Below the pieces are notes generated by a model. That model worked only from the letters and a program-made list of their open reading frames with translations, was not told the DNA's origin and searched no databases. 64,000 bases of DNA from contig OX597823.1 in NCBI GenBank assembly GCA_951406725.2, positions 4,402,001 through 4,466,000 of the forward strand, in the 5' to 3' direction. Origin of the DNA: Octopus vulgaris (lineage: Eukaryota). Position numbers and translations under genes: made by a program. Shown piece after piece: positions 39,498-54,140 of the stretch. Numbering within the stretch: position 1 is the stretch's first letter; every line of letters starts with the position of its first letter.

Positions 39498-39503
39498 AAT
39501 AAA
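39498..39503 (+). terminator. Candidate polyadenylation signal of terminal exon D
   Basis: AATAAA at the position homologous to that of exon C, followed by U/GU-rich sequence. Confidence 0.5.
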
Positions 39504-39944
39504 ACTGAGTTTATCTTGAATTTATCTTTTTCTTGTGTTCCATGACATTACAAAAGCCTGTCACAAAATGAGGTTTATAGAGTTTAACGCCTTCGTTTGC
39601 AATATATCTGTTAACATTAATTCATTTTCAATTAATTTTGAAATTCCTGAAGAATTTGAGTAAAATAATTTTATCATTATTAAACTGGTGTTTGGAACTT
39701 AAATTAAAATGAAATTTTTGATAGAAGATTTTGCTTCAGATTACTTTTAAAACAGGGGATTTATTTCATAGGACCAGGGGGACTTTCAGTTCAGGAAGGT
39801 TGATATCAAAAGGTTTATAGTGTAAACTTATCCAACTCTGTTGTTGTCATATTCTTCTCAGAATTATTCAGACCAAAATTCAGTTTTGCTGGTTATTGGC
39901 AGAGAATTCTAAAGATGATTCAGAAGGTTGCAAACAAGATTCTT

Positions 39945-40180
39945 ATTTCTTTGCTGCCCACAACAAGGGGCTACACACAGAGAGGACAAACAAGGACAGA
40001 CAAACGGACAAAGTCAATTATATCAACTCCAGTGCATAACTGGTACTTATTTCATCGACCCCGAAAAGATGAAAGGCAAAGTCGACCTTGGCGGAATTTG
40101 AACTCAGAACGTAGCGGCAGACGAAATACCGCTAAGCATTTCACCTGGTGTGCTAACGTTTCTGCCAGCTCACCACCTTT
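39945..40180 (-). mobile_element. tRNA-derived SINE family 2 (MetaSINE-like central domain)
   Basis: Diverged match to the core gcctttcatcctttcggggtcgataaattaagtaccag; other copies at 5540-5930, 10034-10240, 53355-53578 and 54908-55140. Confidence 0.75.
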
Positions 40181-40429
40181 CTGAGGGCAGAATCTTGCAA
40201 ACAAGATTCTGTCCGAATCTTGCAAACAAGATTCTGTCCAGAAATCCCACCGGATTCATATCCAAGATGATAGAATTTTCTCTGTCCACAGACTTGAAGA
40301 AATGCATGCACTGAATAAAGCTTCTCTTCAAGGGGTTGGCTGTGATATTGCGTGTGTGTGTGTGTGTGGATGTATGGACAGATACACAGTGTACCACATA
40401 TCATGTATCAAACTGACCACATGAAATAA

Positions 40430-41210
40430 TGCTTTGATGGGAACAAAAGCAACCCCGGTTCTTGCAAGCCTATCAATGGGATATTTAGAATTAACCATAT
40501 ATGAAGTATCACAACAAAAGCATGGATACCCATTCTACCATTATATAAAAGAGAGCTGGAAAAGATGACTGCTTTATCCTTTAAAATGAGACCATTGATA
40601 AATTCTTTGAATCTAAATCACTACTAAATAGTATAAATCCAATTATTCAATTTAAAATGGAATACAGCAAAGAACAATTCCTATTCCTTGATATTTTTGA
40701 TGAAAAAAGTCAACAATCAAATTGAAACCAATGTCTATTATAAAGCAACAGACTCAAAGCAATATCTTCTGTTTAGCTCATGTTACCCAAAACACATCAA
40801 AAGAAATATTCCTTTTAATTTAGCAAAAAGGGTTTGCACAATAGTCTCTGATGCAAATACTCAGGACCTTTGACCTCAGACCTCAGAACCACACCAGCTA
40901 AGAGACACTATCCACCCTCACTTATTGATGATGAGATTAAACATACCAAGAAAATAGATACCAAAACACTAAGGGAAGCAGAACAAAGTCCCACACCTCA
41001 TCCACAAATATTATTCTACACCCAACCCTAGAAATGGGGCATACAACACCATTCTTCAAAATCTACCAATGACTCAGGAGGGATCCAAAAATGAACCACA
41101 TTCTACAAACACACAAATTCATCAAATGTTAAAAGCAACCCAAATCACTAAAAAGAATATTGACAAATGCAAAATTATACCCAACAACAACAACAAAACC
41201 AAAAGCTAAA
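40430..41210 (+). mobile_element. Degenerate Penelope-like RT fragment
   Basis: FLDI..IETNVYYKATDSKQYLLFSSCYPKHIKRNIPFNLAKRVCTIVS (RT thumb of Penelope-like elements). Confidence 0.8.
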
Positions 41211-42831
41211 ATTTTTTTATTAAACCGTTTTCCAATATATATATGTATATATGCCTGCACACACACACAAAAAAGAAAACATCACAACACACACACACAC
41301 AAATACACACACACATACAGACAAAAGAGAACATTACAAAAAACCATGCACACACAAAAACACATACATACATTCACACATACACAAACACACAAAACAA
41401 AATATCCCAAAAACACATACACCTCTGCACATATGAACACACCTCTGCACACACACACACACACAAATACGCACAAAAGAAAACATCGAAAAAACATATA
41501 CATACACACACACATCTGCACACACATACAAACACACACACATACACACAAAGGAAAACGTTGCAAAAACACACACACACACACACATACAAAAGAAAAA
41601 CAACTCAAAAACACATATACACACAAAAGAAAACATCGCAAAAAACACATTCATATACACACACAAATACACCCACACATACACACGAACACATAAACAC
41701 ACACACATGCATACACACAGCTAGTGACCACACACATACACACAGGTGGAGACACTCAAAAGAATACCTCCAAACCAAAGGAAAATCCTAATTCTTTCTT
41801 CAACAAGACATTTATCACACCCATCAACACACAGCTGGTCACATTCCAAACAAATTGAAAGGACATTCAACACAGTAAACACAAACACAGACACCCTCAT
41901 ATACAGGTGGACATAAAATGGTTTTTAAGCCACTCCCTTGGCAGGAACCCACAAAGTTTTCTTTTAGACAATAGACAACTACACCCCCTCTCTTACTCTC
42001 TGACACTTTGAACTCCATACCAAATTATATTTAAAGAAGACTTCCAGGAAAAATCTCCAGACAGAAGATAAATTGTTTTTGCTTCAAATTTTTACAAACT
42101 GTTACTAATATTTGATAAGATGAGATTCATCATTGCAGTTCAGCAAAAGAGATCAAAAGAATAAGTGAGTACCAGGCTTTCAAAAAACAAGTACTGGAGC
42201 CAAATCATTCGAGTAAACATTCTTCAAAGCAGTACCCCAGTATGGCCACAGTCTAATGATTGAAACAAATAGAAAATAGAAGAAAAGATATACATTTCGA
42301 CTGTTTGAGGAGGAAATATAGAAAGGAGTGGCTGGTGCCAATATGGGTGGGAAAAGGGAATGATAAGTGGTATGGTGTGAAGAAGACCAAATGTGCAAAA
42401 TGATGACAGCAGCGTGGGGCAAGTATATAAGAATTATGAGTTCGCTAGACTAGCCCCTGGGGGTGCAGGTGACATACAGCAAGATAAGGTATATCTTACT
42501 TTGAAGTACATCTCTACAGATATTCTATAGAATTTAGAGGCAGCACAGCAGGTTCGAACATTTCATACACAAAGATGTCTTTGTAAATACCTAGACATGT
42601 GCAGGTGTGGCTATAGGTGCAGGCCTGGCTGTAGGCACAGACGTGGTTATAAATGCAGGTTCCAGGTTCAGTCCCACCGTAAGGCACTGTGTGGTCTTCT
42701 ACTATAGCCTTGGGCCAACCAAACCTTTGTGAATGGATTTGGTTGACAGAAACTGAAAGAAGCCCATCGTATGTGTGTGTGTGTGTGTGTGTGTATTTGT
42801 GTGTGTGTGTGTGTATTTGTGTGTGTGTGTA

Positions 42832-42864
<33 letters not shown>

Positions 42865-43398
42865 TTGTGTGTGTGTGTGTGTGTGTGCATATGTCTGTCT
42901 GTGTTTGTTCCCCTGCCATTGCTTGACAACTGATGTTGATGTGTTTACGTCCCCATAACTTAACAGTTCAACAAAAGTACCTGATAGAATCAGTACTAGG
43001 CTTACAAAGAATAAGTCCTGGGGTTGATATGTTCAACTAAAACCCTTTAAGGCAGTGCTCCAGCATGGCTGCAGTCAAATGACAGAAACTAGTAAAATAA
43101 TAAAAGAAGGAAAGAATATTTGTATATGAAACTTCACAGCCAAAACATCCTGGCTTTCAGTGCTGGCAAAGAAGATAAAGAACTCATTGACTACAAAAAG
43201 TGAGAAACATCCTTGAACTTACGTAGAGATCCTTGTAGATGTGAAGGTGTAAATTGGCTGACTATCGTGATGGTTTGAAAAGAAAAAAACTATAGAAAAT
43301 CTGTAGAGATACACTTAACAAATGAAAATAACTCGCTGCAAACACAAAGTAGAACACCGTATTGTCTTATAGTAGTATGTCATGGTTGCAAAATGAAA

Positions 43399-43619
43399 TA
43401 CGAGGGGGTACTGAAAAGTTGTGGTTTTAAAGGTATTGTGACAGGCTTGGTTCAAGGCCCAACCTTTCTGGGTTCTTTTCCAAGGCTTAGAAAAACTAAA
43501 GGACTGCTGCAATAAGTGTGTGAATCTGAGAAGGGAATATGTTGAATAAAACCATCATTAACTGATCCTCCTGTATTGTCTTTTACCAAAAGCCAGGAAC
43601 TTTTCAGCAGCCCCTTGTA
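43399..43619. mobile_element. mariner-derived MITE
   Basis: TA-CGAGGGGGTACTGAAAAGTT ... AACTTTTCAGCAGCCCCTTG-TA terminal inverted repeats. Confidence 0.7.
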
Positions 43620-44594
43620 GAGAGTCCCTAACAACAACTGATAAGAATATTTACTATTTACAACAGTTTGGTGTGGTGGTCAATGCAATGTATGCTGGAG
43701 GGAACGGGTCTTACTACGGACAAAGGGAGAAAAAATGCTAGAAGGATGAGAGGTAATTTAAGTATAAAGTTTAAAATACCATCTAATTACAATAGGGTTC
43801 TGTACCCAGATGACTGTATTTGTTGATAATTATCAAAATGAAGAAATTATTTATTGTAACCAAAAAGAAAATGATATTTAAAACTGTAAGTTCAAAGAGG
43901 AGTATAATGGAAGGCAAGGTTTACGATATTGGGAGAATATCGCCTTCTCTCATTATATCTTGTTCTTTGAGTAGTTCAGGTTCCAGCAGGTGAAGAAAGA
44001 AGCCTTTAAGTACAAAGCAATTTACAACCGGTTTATTTACAAGTTTCACAGAACAGGTGAAGTGTGTGGCTCTCAGCAACCATCTCGAACTGTGTGCGTG
44101 CTGTTGTATCTTCATTAGCACCGGCACATTGCCACTGGACGGCCAACATGGAACGGGCCCAGCCAGTGAAGCCAGTGAAGCCTGCTCAGTAAGTGCTGCT
44201 GTGAAGAAACGAAGAGAAAAGAATGAATCTGTTTCTGTTTTGCCATTATATACAGTTTGCCATCAAGAGCCAAATGGATACAGGTGAGGTCTTGGAGATG
44301 GCAATGGCAGCCACGAGATCTCATCCAATGTGGCGCTGGCTGCTTGAGCAGCTACAGGAGTATGCAGAGGGTAAAGCTTGGGTATAGGAATAGAAAAGGA
44401 GTGAAAAGGGAAAGGTTTGAAGTGTGTAAATTAGCAGAGAATATCCAAGATGGATGCCAAAATGTTTGACGTGATTGCTTGAGAATAATATTTAGTCGAA
44501 TCATTGTGAAGTCAGAAGGAAGAATGAAATTAAGAAATATGGAATATGGAATCATAACTGTGTTTATGTACACATATTTATATACATACAGATA

Positions 44595-44765
44595 GGCGCA
44601 GGAGTGGCTGTGTGGTAAGTAGCTTGCTAACCAACCACATGGTTCCGGGTTCAGTCTCACTGCGTGGCATCTTGGGCAAGTGTCTTCTGCTATAGCCTCG
44701 GGCCGACCAAAGCCTTGTGAGTGGATTTGGTAGACGGAAACTGAAAGAAGCCTGTCGTATATATG

Positions 44766-44796
<31 letters not shown>

Positions 44797-44985
44797 ATAT
44801 GTTTGTCCCCCTAGCATTGCTTGACAACTGATGCTGGTGTGTTTACGTCCCCATCAATTAGCGGTTCGGCAACAGAGACCGATAGAATAAGTCCCGGGGT
44901 TGATTTGCTCGACTAAAGGCGGCGCTCCAGCATGGCTGCAGTCAAATGACTGAAACAAGTAAAAGAGTAAAGAGAAAAGAGAGTA
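44595..44985 (+). mobile_element. SINE family 1, full length
   Basis: ggcgcaggagtggctgtgtggtaag head through the aagtaaaagag tail. Confidence 0.9.
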
Positions 44986-45067
44986 CATATGTATACACAC
45001 ACGCACACATACACACACATATAGATATGTGTGCGTGTATTATGAACTCTCCCTTCGTTAGGCATAT

Positions 45068-45116
<49 letters not shown>

Positions 45117-45392
45117 GTTCTGCAATTTCTTGCTGAACAACTCCACAGGTGTTTTGGGATCAAATGTTTGCGTTGACATATGCCCCCTTCCTGCATCAAA
45201 TCAACATTACCTGTACAGGTATGGAATGTGCCACACGTCAGATGATGAAAAATGGCAGAGCAATGTGAAATGAAGTGCTTTGCTCAAGAACACAACGCAG
45301 CGCCCGGTCTGGGAATCGAAACCACGATATTGCAATCATGAATGCAACACCCTAACCACTAAGCCATGCATCTTCCCACACACACATATACA

Positions 45393-45426
<34 letters not shown>

Positions 45427-45458
45427 ATGTGTGTTGTGTTTGCACATATAAATCCATT

Positions 45459-45507
<49 letters not shown>

Positions 45508-45681
45508 TTGTAATTCATACTGTTTGGATTATGTGGTGCAGAGCATACATACGCATGCGCGGATGTATGCATGTCAGTGTATGAGTGTTTGTATGAGTGT
45601 GTGTGTGTGTGTGCGTGTGTGTGTATAAGTGAGTGATTCTGTATGTATTTGCTTGTTTCTATATGTGAGTGCATGAATGTA

Positions 45682-45717
<36 letters not shown>

Positions 45718-45959
45718 CATGTGCGAGTGTGTGTGTGTATTTGGTTAGATCATGAATTTTCCACTGTGTACAAATTTCCTGGGGTTTTATTTTCACCCCT
45801 GAAGGGTAACAAACCCTAATCCTACTGACACATTCACATCCCCAATGCGACCCCCCTGCACACCCCCTCACCCACCCCTACCACCGAAGACAAAAACAAA
45901 AACAACAGCAATACAAACACCAATAACCTCCACCTTAACAAACATCAACAACAGCAACT

Positions 45960-47035
<1,076 letters not shown>

Positions 47036-49749
47036 ATAGGCATGTGGCCAAGTGGTTAGAGTGTTGAAATCCTAATCCCAAGATCATGGGTTCAATTTCT
47101 AGATTGGGCAACACATTGGATTCTTGAACAAAACAGTTAATTTTGTGCAGCCTCTGTCCACTCAGCTGTAAATGGATAGCCCAGTGACAGAAGACCCTTC
47201 TGATCTGGGGCAATGCTGGCCTGCTTGCCTGGTCAGCTGTGTGGCATCATTCAAAACCTAACCTAATGTGAAGCGCATTGTGATCAATGATGTATAACAA
47301 CATCCAATAGTCTGGTCAATGCCATGATATGTATATATGCCACACACACAGGTCCTACCAAAGCTGTAGGCTCATAAGGCCACTTTCCTGGATCTGTCCT
47401 GCTGGGTGGATGGTGTTATGAAGGGCATCCAGTCGTAAAGACCCTGCGAAAACAGACACAGCAATCTGGTGCTGGCTCTTGCCTGGCCAGCTCCTGGCAA
47501 ACCGTCTAACCCATGCCAGTATGGTTAAACGATGGCAATGATGATGATGATGATGACGACAATGATGGTGAAGATGATGATGATGATGACAATGACGATG
47601 AAGACGACGGTGATGATGGTGGTGGTGGTGGTGGTGGTTTTGGTGGTGACAATGATGGTTATGATGATGATGGTGGCGGTGTTGTTGGTGGTGATGATGA
47701 CGGTGGTGGTGGTGGTGATGATGATGATGATGGCGGCGGCGGTGGTGGTGGTGGTGGTGGTGGTGGTGGTGGTGGTGGTGATGATGTATATTCCCCAGCA
47801 GTTCATAGCAGGATCACTCTGTTTTTTTGTAGCTGACTGGGCGGGAGCAACATGAAGTGAAGTGTTTTGCTCAAGAACACAATGTATCGCCTGCTTCAGG
47901 AACCAAAACCACCAATCTCACAGTCACGGGTACAGTATTCCAACCACTAAGCCACAAACCTCTACACACACACACTGAGAATGTAACACTGGTGGATGCA
48001 TAAATGTGAGTATAATTTTGTAAGCAAGAAAGGAAGCTATTAATGGTGTTTGTGTTTGTTTATGTAAAATTGATGATTAAAGTTTTTTCCTTTGAATTTT
48101 GCCAGTGTGTATAAAAGAGAGGATGGGACAGGTAGGTGTCCTTACGTGAATAAATTAGTTTTAACTCTGCAGCTCCAATGGGAAATATGTCAGACACCTA
48201 GACCAGCTTTTGTTTTCAGGCTCAATAAAAATACATCAGACATATTTTCTATGCATGAAATCTAGAGAATATGTCTGGCTTGAGTTTAGAACTAAAAATG
48301 TCAGGTCATCTTAATATCTAATTTATAGCGGTGGGCACTGCTGGACATTGCTTTATATTGAAACATGAAACTGACCGCAAGCAGTGCAGGTAACTCTCTC
48401 ATCAAAATATACTCACCTTTCCTTATTCTTCTTGGTTCCTTGCAGTCATTTGTTTCTATCGCGTAAGTCTGATCAGGTAGATCGACCCAACTTAGAATTT
48501 AGAGATTTCAAAATCAATCAGAATATCAATTTTTATAGAATTCTGAAGAATCATGTTCAACATGTGTTACAAAAAGAAATCTTATGTAGCACATTGGACT
48601 GAATCAATAATTGCTTAAACGGTTACAGCATTATGCAATATTTGTTATATTGAATTGTGATGAAACGATTGTAAATGAAATATTGAAATGTTTTGCTAAG
48701 GCCATTCTTTGATTTTTGTCCTCACGTGTGTGTGTCTGTCTGTCTATCTGTCTATCTGTCTGTCTGTGCACTGACAAATGTGAGTAACTCTTCTGTATAT
48801 ACAATGTTTCTGAGAAGAGAAAAATATAGAACAACCAATTTTTGAATTGGGAATTCTCCAATGCAAGAATACAGCATTCAATTAATTCGGTTTATAATAT
48901 GTGATAAATAGATTAGTGACAAAGAACTGCTTTCATGCCTTTCACAAGGAAACCATTTCAGAACTTTCAAAGCAAAAATACAGTACACAAAACATTTGGT
49001 TATTAGTTCCTTAGAATAATGATCAACTGTAAGATATAATAAATAAATTAGAGATAACAAACTTAATCACTACCTCTCACAAGGAAATCATCTCAGAATT
49101 CTCCAAAACAAGATTACAATACACAATTCATTCGGTTATGATTCTTTAAATTAGTAACCAACTTCAATGTACAATAAATAACTGAGAGATACAGAGACAA
49201 AGTTCATAGAGTGCCACATTCTGTCCTTCAACAAAAAATACATATATAGACCACAAAACCCAGGTTATCTTCATCATCATCATTGTTTAATGTCCATCTT
49301 CCATGCATGGGTAGGATGGTTCATAGGAAAAATAATACCATTTTTAGAGCACCAAGAAAAGGGGATATCACAGGATTCTTTCTTTCAGTACTGGATTTTC
49401 ATGATATAAATTGTGAAATTAATACAGAATCATACAAAAATGTTGAAAATTTGCATTTTCCTGTTGTCCTAAAAACAAGTAAATAATTTTTGGCCATATT
49501 ACTTGAAAACACTCAAGCAATCACTGAAGTTAATTAATGTCAGGTTTATTTAGTAATTAGATGGGCAGCCACTTGGGAAACCTAGGTGGGTTTTATAGGC
49601 ATGAACAGAGCTGTGCAGTTCAAAAATGCTCACTTTGCTATAGTGTGGTTTGGGTTTTGGAACTTTGAACAGGTGACCTCTCCTTTAGCCGCAAGCTGAC
49701 CAATGCCTTGTGAGTGAATTTGGTCGAAGGAAAGTGTGTAGAAGCCAAA

Positions 49750-50071
49750 TGTATATGTATGTATGTATGTGTGTATGTATGTGTGTATGTATGTATGTGT
49801 CTGTGTGTGTGTATGTATGTATGTATGTGTGTATGTATGTGTGTGTGTATGTATGTATGTGTCTGTGTGTGTGTATGTATGTATGTATGTATGTGTGTGT
49901 ATGTATGTATGTGTGTATGTGTGTATGTATGCACGTATATATGAATGTATGTATGTATGCACATATATATGTATATATGTATGTATGTATGTATGTGTGT
50001 GTGTATGTATGTATGTGTGTATGTGTGTATGTATGCACGTATATATGTATGTATGTATGTATATATGCACG

Positions 50072-50105
<34 letters not shown>

Positions 50106-50175
50106 TGTATGTATGTATGTATGTATGTGTGTGTGTGTGTATGTGTGTATGTGTGTATGTATGTATGTATGTGTG
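49750..50175. repeat. (TATG)n/(TG)n compound microsatellite
   Basis: Directly visible. Confidence 0.95.
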
Positions 50176-51559
50176 TTGTGTCAGGTCACTTTCGAGTGCT
50201 ACTGGTAACATGTAACCCAGTACAACCTGTTGCATGGTCGGGTCGTCGTCGGCTAAACTGGCCACGCCACCAAGCTTGCTTGGTGAAGAGGGCGTTTATT
50301 GGACACCGCAGGATGGAAAACAAAACCCGTCAAAGGGCGGAGGAACTCTTGAGAGTGAACGGCCATCCAATAAATGTCTTAAGGATGTATCATGCGTGGG
50401 GACATAGAAATAATCGGACTGAATACCCAATTGCGCAGTTAAACCATTGGGAGTGAAGGATTCCTAGCCTTTGTTAGGGCATCCTTCTAGGAGAAGGTAA
50501 CTCAGGTAACTGGGATAACTCCGACATAAAACCTGCGGCTCAGTGGTTACCGATGATGTTGACTTGTTCTTCTTTTCGGATTATGACTGCTGTTGCATAG
50601 TGAGTGGGATTGACTCAGTGCACAGCCTTTCCTCACTTTAAAAAAACTCTTCTTGCACAGGCATTGCATGATAACAACATTGATTAAGCTTCATGCAATG
50701 GCCATACTCGATAACGAGGGGGCAGCCACCATATATATGTATGCATGCATGTGTGTATGTATGTATGTATGTATGCAAGTATATATGTATGTATGTATGT
50801 ATGTGTGTATGTATGTATGTATGTGTGTGTATGTATGTATGTATATGTGTGTGTATATGTATGTATGTGTGTGTGTATCTATGTGCATGCGTGTCTTTGT
50901 ATCTGTGTTTGTCCTCCCAAACTACTTTAACGACTGATGTTGGTTTGTTTGCATCCCCATTACATAGTAGTTCCACAAAGAGTCTGATAGAATGAGTACC
51001 AGGCTTTAAAAAATAAGTACTGGGGGTCTATTCATTTGACTAAACCCCTTCAAGGCAGTGCTGCAGCATGGCCACAGTCCAATGACTGAAAACGATAACC
51101 TACATCATTGCTTTTTAGTGTTAAATAAACAAAATGGAAAGAAGCCAGTCATATTTGATAAAGCTGTGTGGTCTGGCCGGAGGGAACGGCTGAGAAGAGA
51201 ACGGAACTCTTAATCTGTTATTTCTTATTCAACGTTAATTATGTCTGAATGCATTGTCAGTGGGACAATGGAAGAGTCGAAGGGGACCGTTGTTGTGTTT
51301 AGGGAATCAGTTTGCCCTAATCTGGCTGAGCAGACCACCTTGATGGCAATGGGAAAAATACAGTTCACTACCGTTTGTTGAAGAAGCACAATGTTTTCAG
51401 AGGTCAAAATACTCAGATCCAATTTTCCTGTTGATTACTTGAGAGAAGATATAAACATTGCATTCAAGTGGACAGAAATTCCAACAGAACTCAACCTGCT
51501 GCTGCTCAGATTTGTCTCTTTTTACACTCATCTCAACAGACTTTTTGCCCTTAATACTC

Positions 51560-51973
51560 TTTACTCTTTTACTCTTTTACTTGTTTCAGTCATTTGACTG
51601 CGGCCATGCTGGAGCACCGCCTTTAGTCGAGCAAATCGACCCCGGGACTTATTCTTTTGTAAGCCCAGTACTTATTCTATCGGTCTCTTTTGCCGAACCA
51701 CTAAGTGACGGGGACATAAACACACCAGCATCGGTTGTCAAGCAATGCTAAGGGTACAAACACAGACACACAAACATACATGTACATGCATATATATATA
51801 TATATATACGACGGGCTTCTTTCAGTTTCCGTCTACCAAATCCACTCACAATGCTTTGGTCAGCCCGAGGCTATAGTAGAAGACATTTGCCCAAGGTGCC
51901 ACGCAGTGGGACTGAACCCAGAACCATGTGGTTGGTTAGCAAGCTACTTACCACACAGCCACTCCTGCGCCTA
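51560..51973 (-). mobile_element. SINE family 1, full length
   Basis: Reverse complement of the 44595-44985 family. Confidence 0.9.
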
Positions 51974-51979
51974 TTAATG

Positions 51980-52619
51980 CATTTTTTTTATTTTCGAATA
52001 AGTAACTCTTTAAAAGAGTCAATGATTTTTTTATGACCATTTTTTCCTAAATTATTTTATTTGAAGCATTGCAATAAAAAAAGTAAGTATGCTGTTTCCC
52101 AATTGGAATCCATTTTAAAACAAAAAGTATAAAAGTTTTTAGGACTTTTTTCTTCTAAATCGGTCAATAGCATAAAAATAAAACCAAACATGTTTATCAT
52201 GTTGCTTAAATGAACGTTTTTACAACTGTTTTTCTTCTAAAATAGTTATTTTGATGGAGCATTAACAACAAATATATTTCTTTATCTTGCCAGAAAAAAA
52301 TACCTCTTTTAACTGTAAATGTTTTCAAGATCATATTTTCTCTTCAGAATATCAATTGTCATATAACAAAAAGTAATAAATGCATCATATTTCTCAAATA
52401 AAATCCGTTTCAAATCCGTAATTAAATATCAGAAGAATGTTAATTCCTGGAGCACCACCTTTAGTCAAACGAATTGACCCCCAGGACTTATTCTTTGTAA
52501 GTGAATTACTTATTCTATAGGACTCCTTTGCTGAACCGCTAAGTTACGGGGACATAAACACACCTGCACCGGTTGTCAAGTGATGGTGGGGTGACAAACA
52601 CAGACACACAAACATATAC

Positions 52620-52651
<32 letters not shown>

Positions 52652-52757
52652 TGCCAGATCTGACTGGCCTGGTGCAGCCTTCGGGCTCCCCAGACCCCAG
52701 TTGAACCGTCCAACCCATGCTAGCATGGAAAGCGGACGTTAAATGATGATGATGATG

Positions 52758-52791
<34 letters not shown>

Positions 52792-54140
52792 GTATATATA
52801 TACTGTATATATATATTTGTATGTATATGTTTGTGTGTCCATGTTTGTCCCAGCAACATCGCTTGACAACCAAAACTGGTGTGTTTACATCACCATAACA
52901 TAGCAGTTTGGCAAGAGAGAGTGATAGAATAAGTACTAGGCTTACAAAGAATAAATCCTTGGGTCGATTCGCTTGACTAAATGCAGTGCTCCAGCATGGC
53001 CGCAGTCAAATGACTGAAACAAATAAAAGAACATAAAGAATAAATGTTTGTACAACCAATTTGTTTTTCTTGAAATAAAGTCATTCTGATGCACAAATTT
53101 GTGAAGAAATGCTTTGAAGACTGTTTTTCTTCCAATACAGTTATTCTGACATATTTAGCATGATATGTTTCTCATTGAGAATTCCTATTGAAACTGTCAA
53201 TGAATATTTATTGCAGTCGCTTCCTTCTAAAACACTTGACCTGACGGAGCATAAGAATGAAAGTCTGTACTTTATATTATGTTCTTCCTTCAAATAAACT
53301 GCATTTTAAAAACTAAATGTTTTTATTTATACTTTCTAATACATTTATACTTATTTTTTTATTACCCTCAAGGGGCTAAACATAGAGGGGACAAACAAGG
53401 ACAGACAAACGGATTAAGTCGATTACATCGACCCCAATGCTGGTACTTACTTTATCGACCCTGAAAGGATGAAAGCAAATTTGACCTTGGCGGAATTTGA
53501 ACTCAGAACGTAAAGGCAGACGAAATACGGCTATGCATTTCACCTGGTGTGCTAACGTTTCTGCCACCTCGCTGCCTTCATTTACACATTTATTCTATTC
53601 AAGCAAAAATGGTAATGTGTTATGTTTCCCAAATAAATCCATTTTCAAAATGTAAATTAGACATTTTTGGACTGTTTTCCTTTTTCTCATTTTTATAATG
53701 ATGTAACAGGATACATATAGTAAATATTCTATATTTCTCAAATAGAATCTTTCCTCAGTCTTAAACCTCTAAATACATGTTTCTTAAGACCATTTTTCAG
53801 CTGAAACAGTTATTCTGACATGGCGTAAGAGGAAGTCTCGGCTGTTACATTAGTTTTCTTGAATCAACTCCATTTTGAATCAGTAAAAAAATGTTTTCAA
53901 GATGGTCTTTCTTTTAACATGTTTATTCTGACATTTTAATAGTAAATAGATTACATTATGTTTTTCAAGAAAAGTCAATTTTGCAGGTGTAAATAAATGT
54001 TTTTAAGATCATTTGTTTCCTAAAATAGTTATTTATTGCAACATAGAATACTGAAAATGTAACACTTTCCTTCTACAAAACTTATTCTGAGGTACAAAAT
54101 GGCATAGAAATGCCTTTAAGAACATTTTTATACAAAATAT
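51980..54140. repeat. Degenerate AT-rich minisatellite (unit roughly 85 bp) interrupted by SINEs
   Basis: Recurring tttttcttctaaaa(t/c)agttattctgac and tttctcaaataaa..ccatttt motifs. Confidence 0.6.

Noticed and set aside
41160-41791. His/Thr/Lys-rich ORFs
   Set aside because: Degenerate (CA)n-based simple repeat.
47513-47855. Gly/Asp-rich or poly-Thr ORFs
   Set aside because: (GAT/GGT)n expansion of an RTE tail.
48109-48137. GTATAAAAG followed by ATG GGA CAG|gtaggt as a gene start
   Set aside because: The ATG is too close to the TATA motif and no compatible downstream exon was found.
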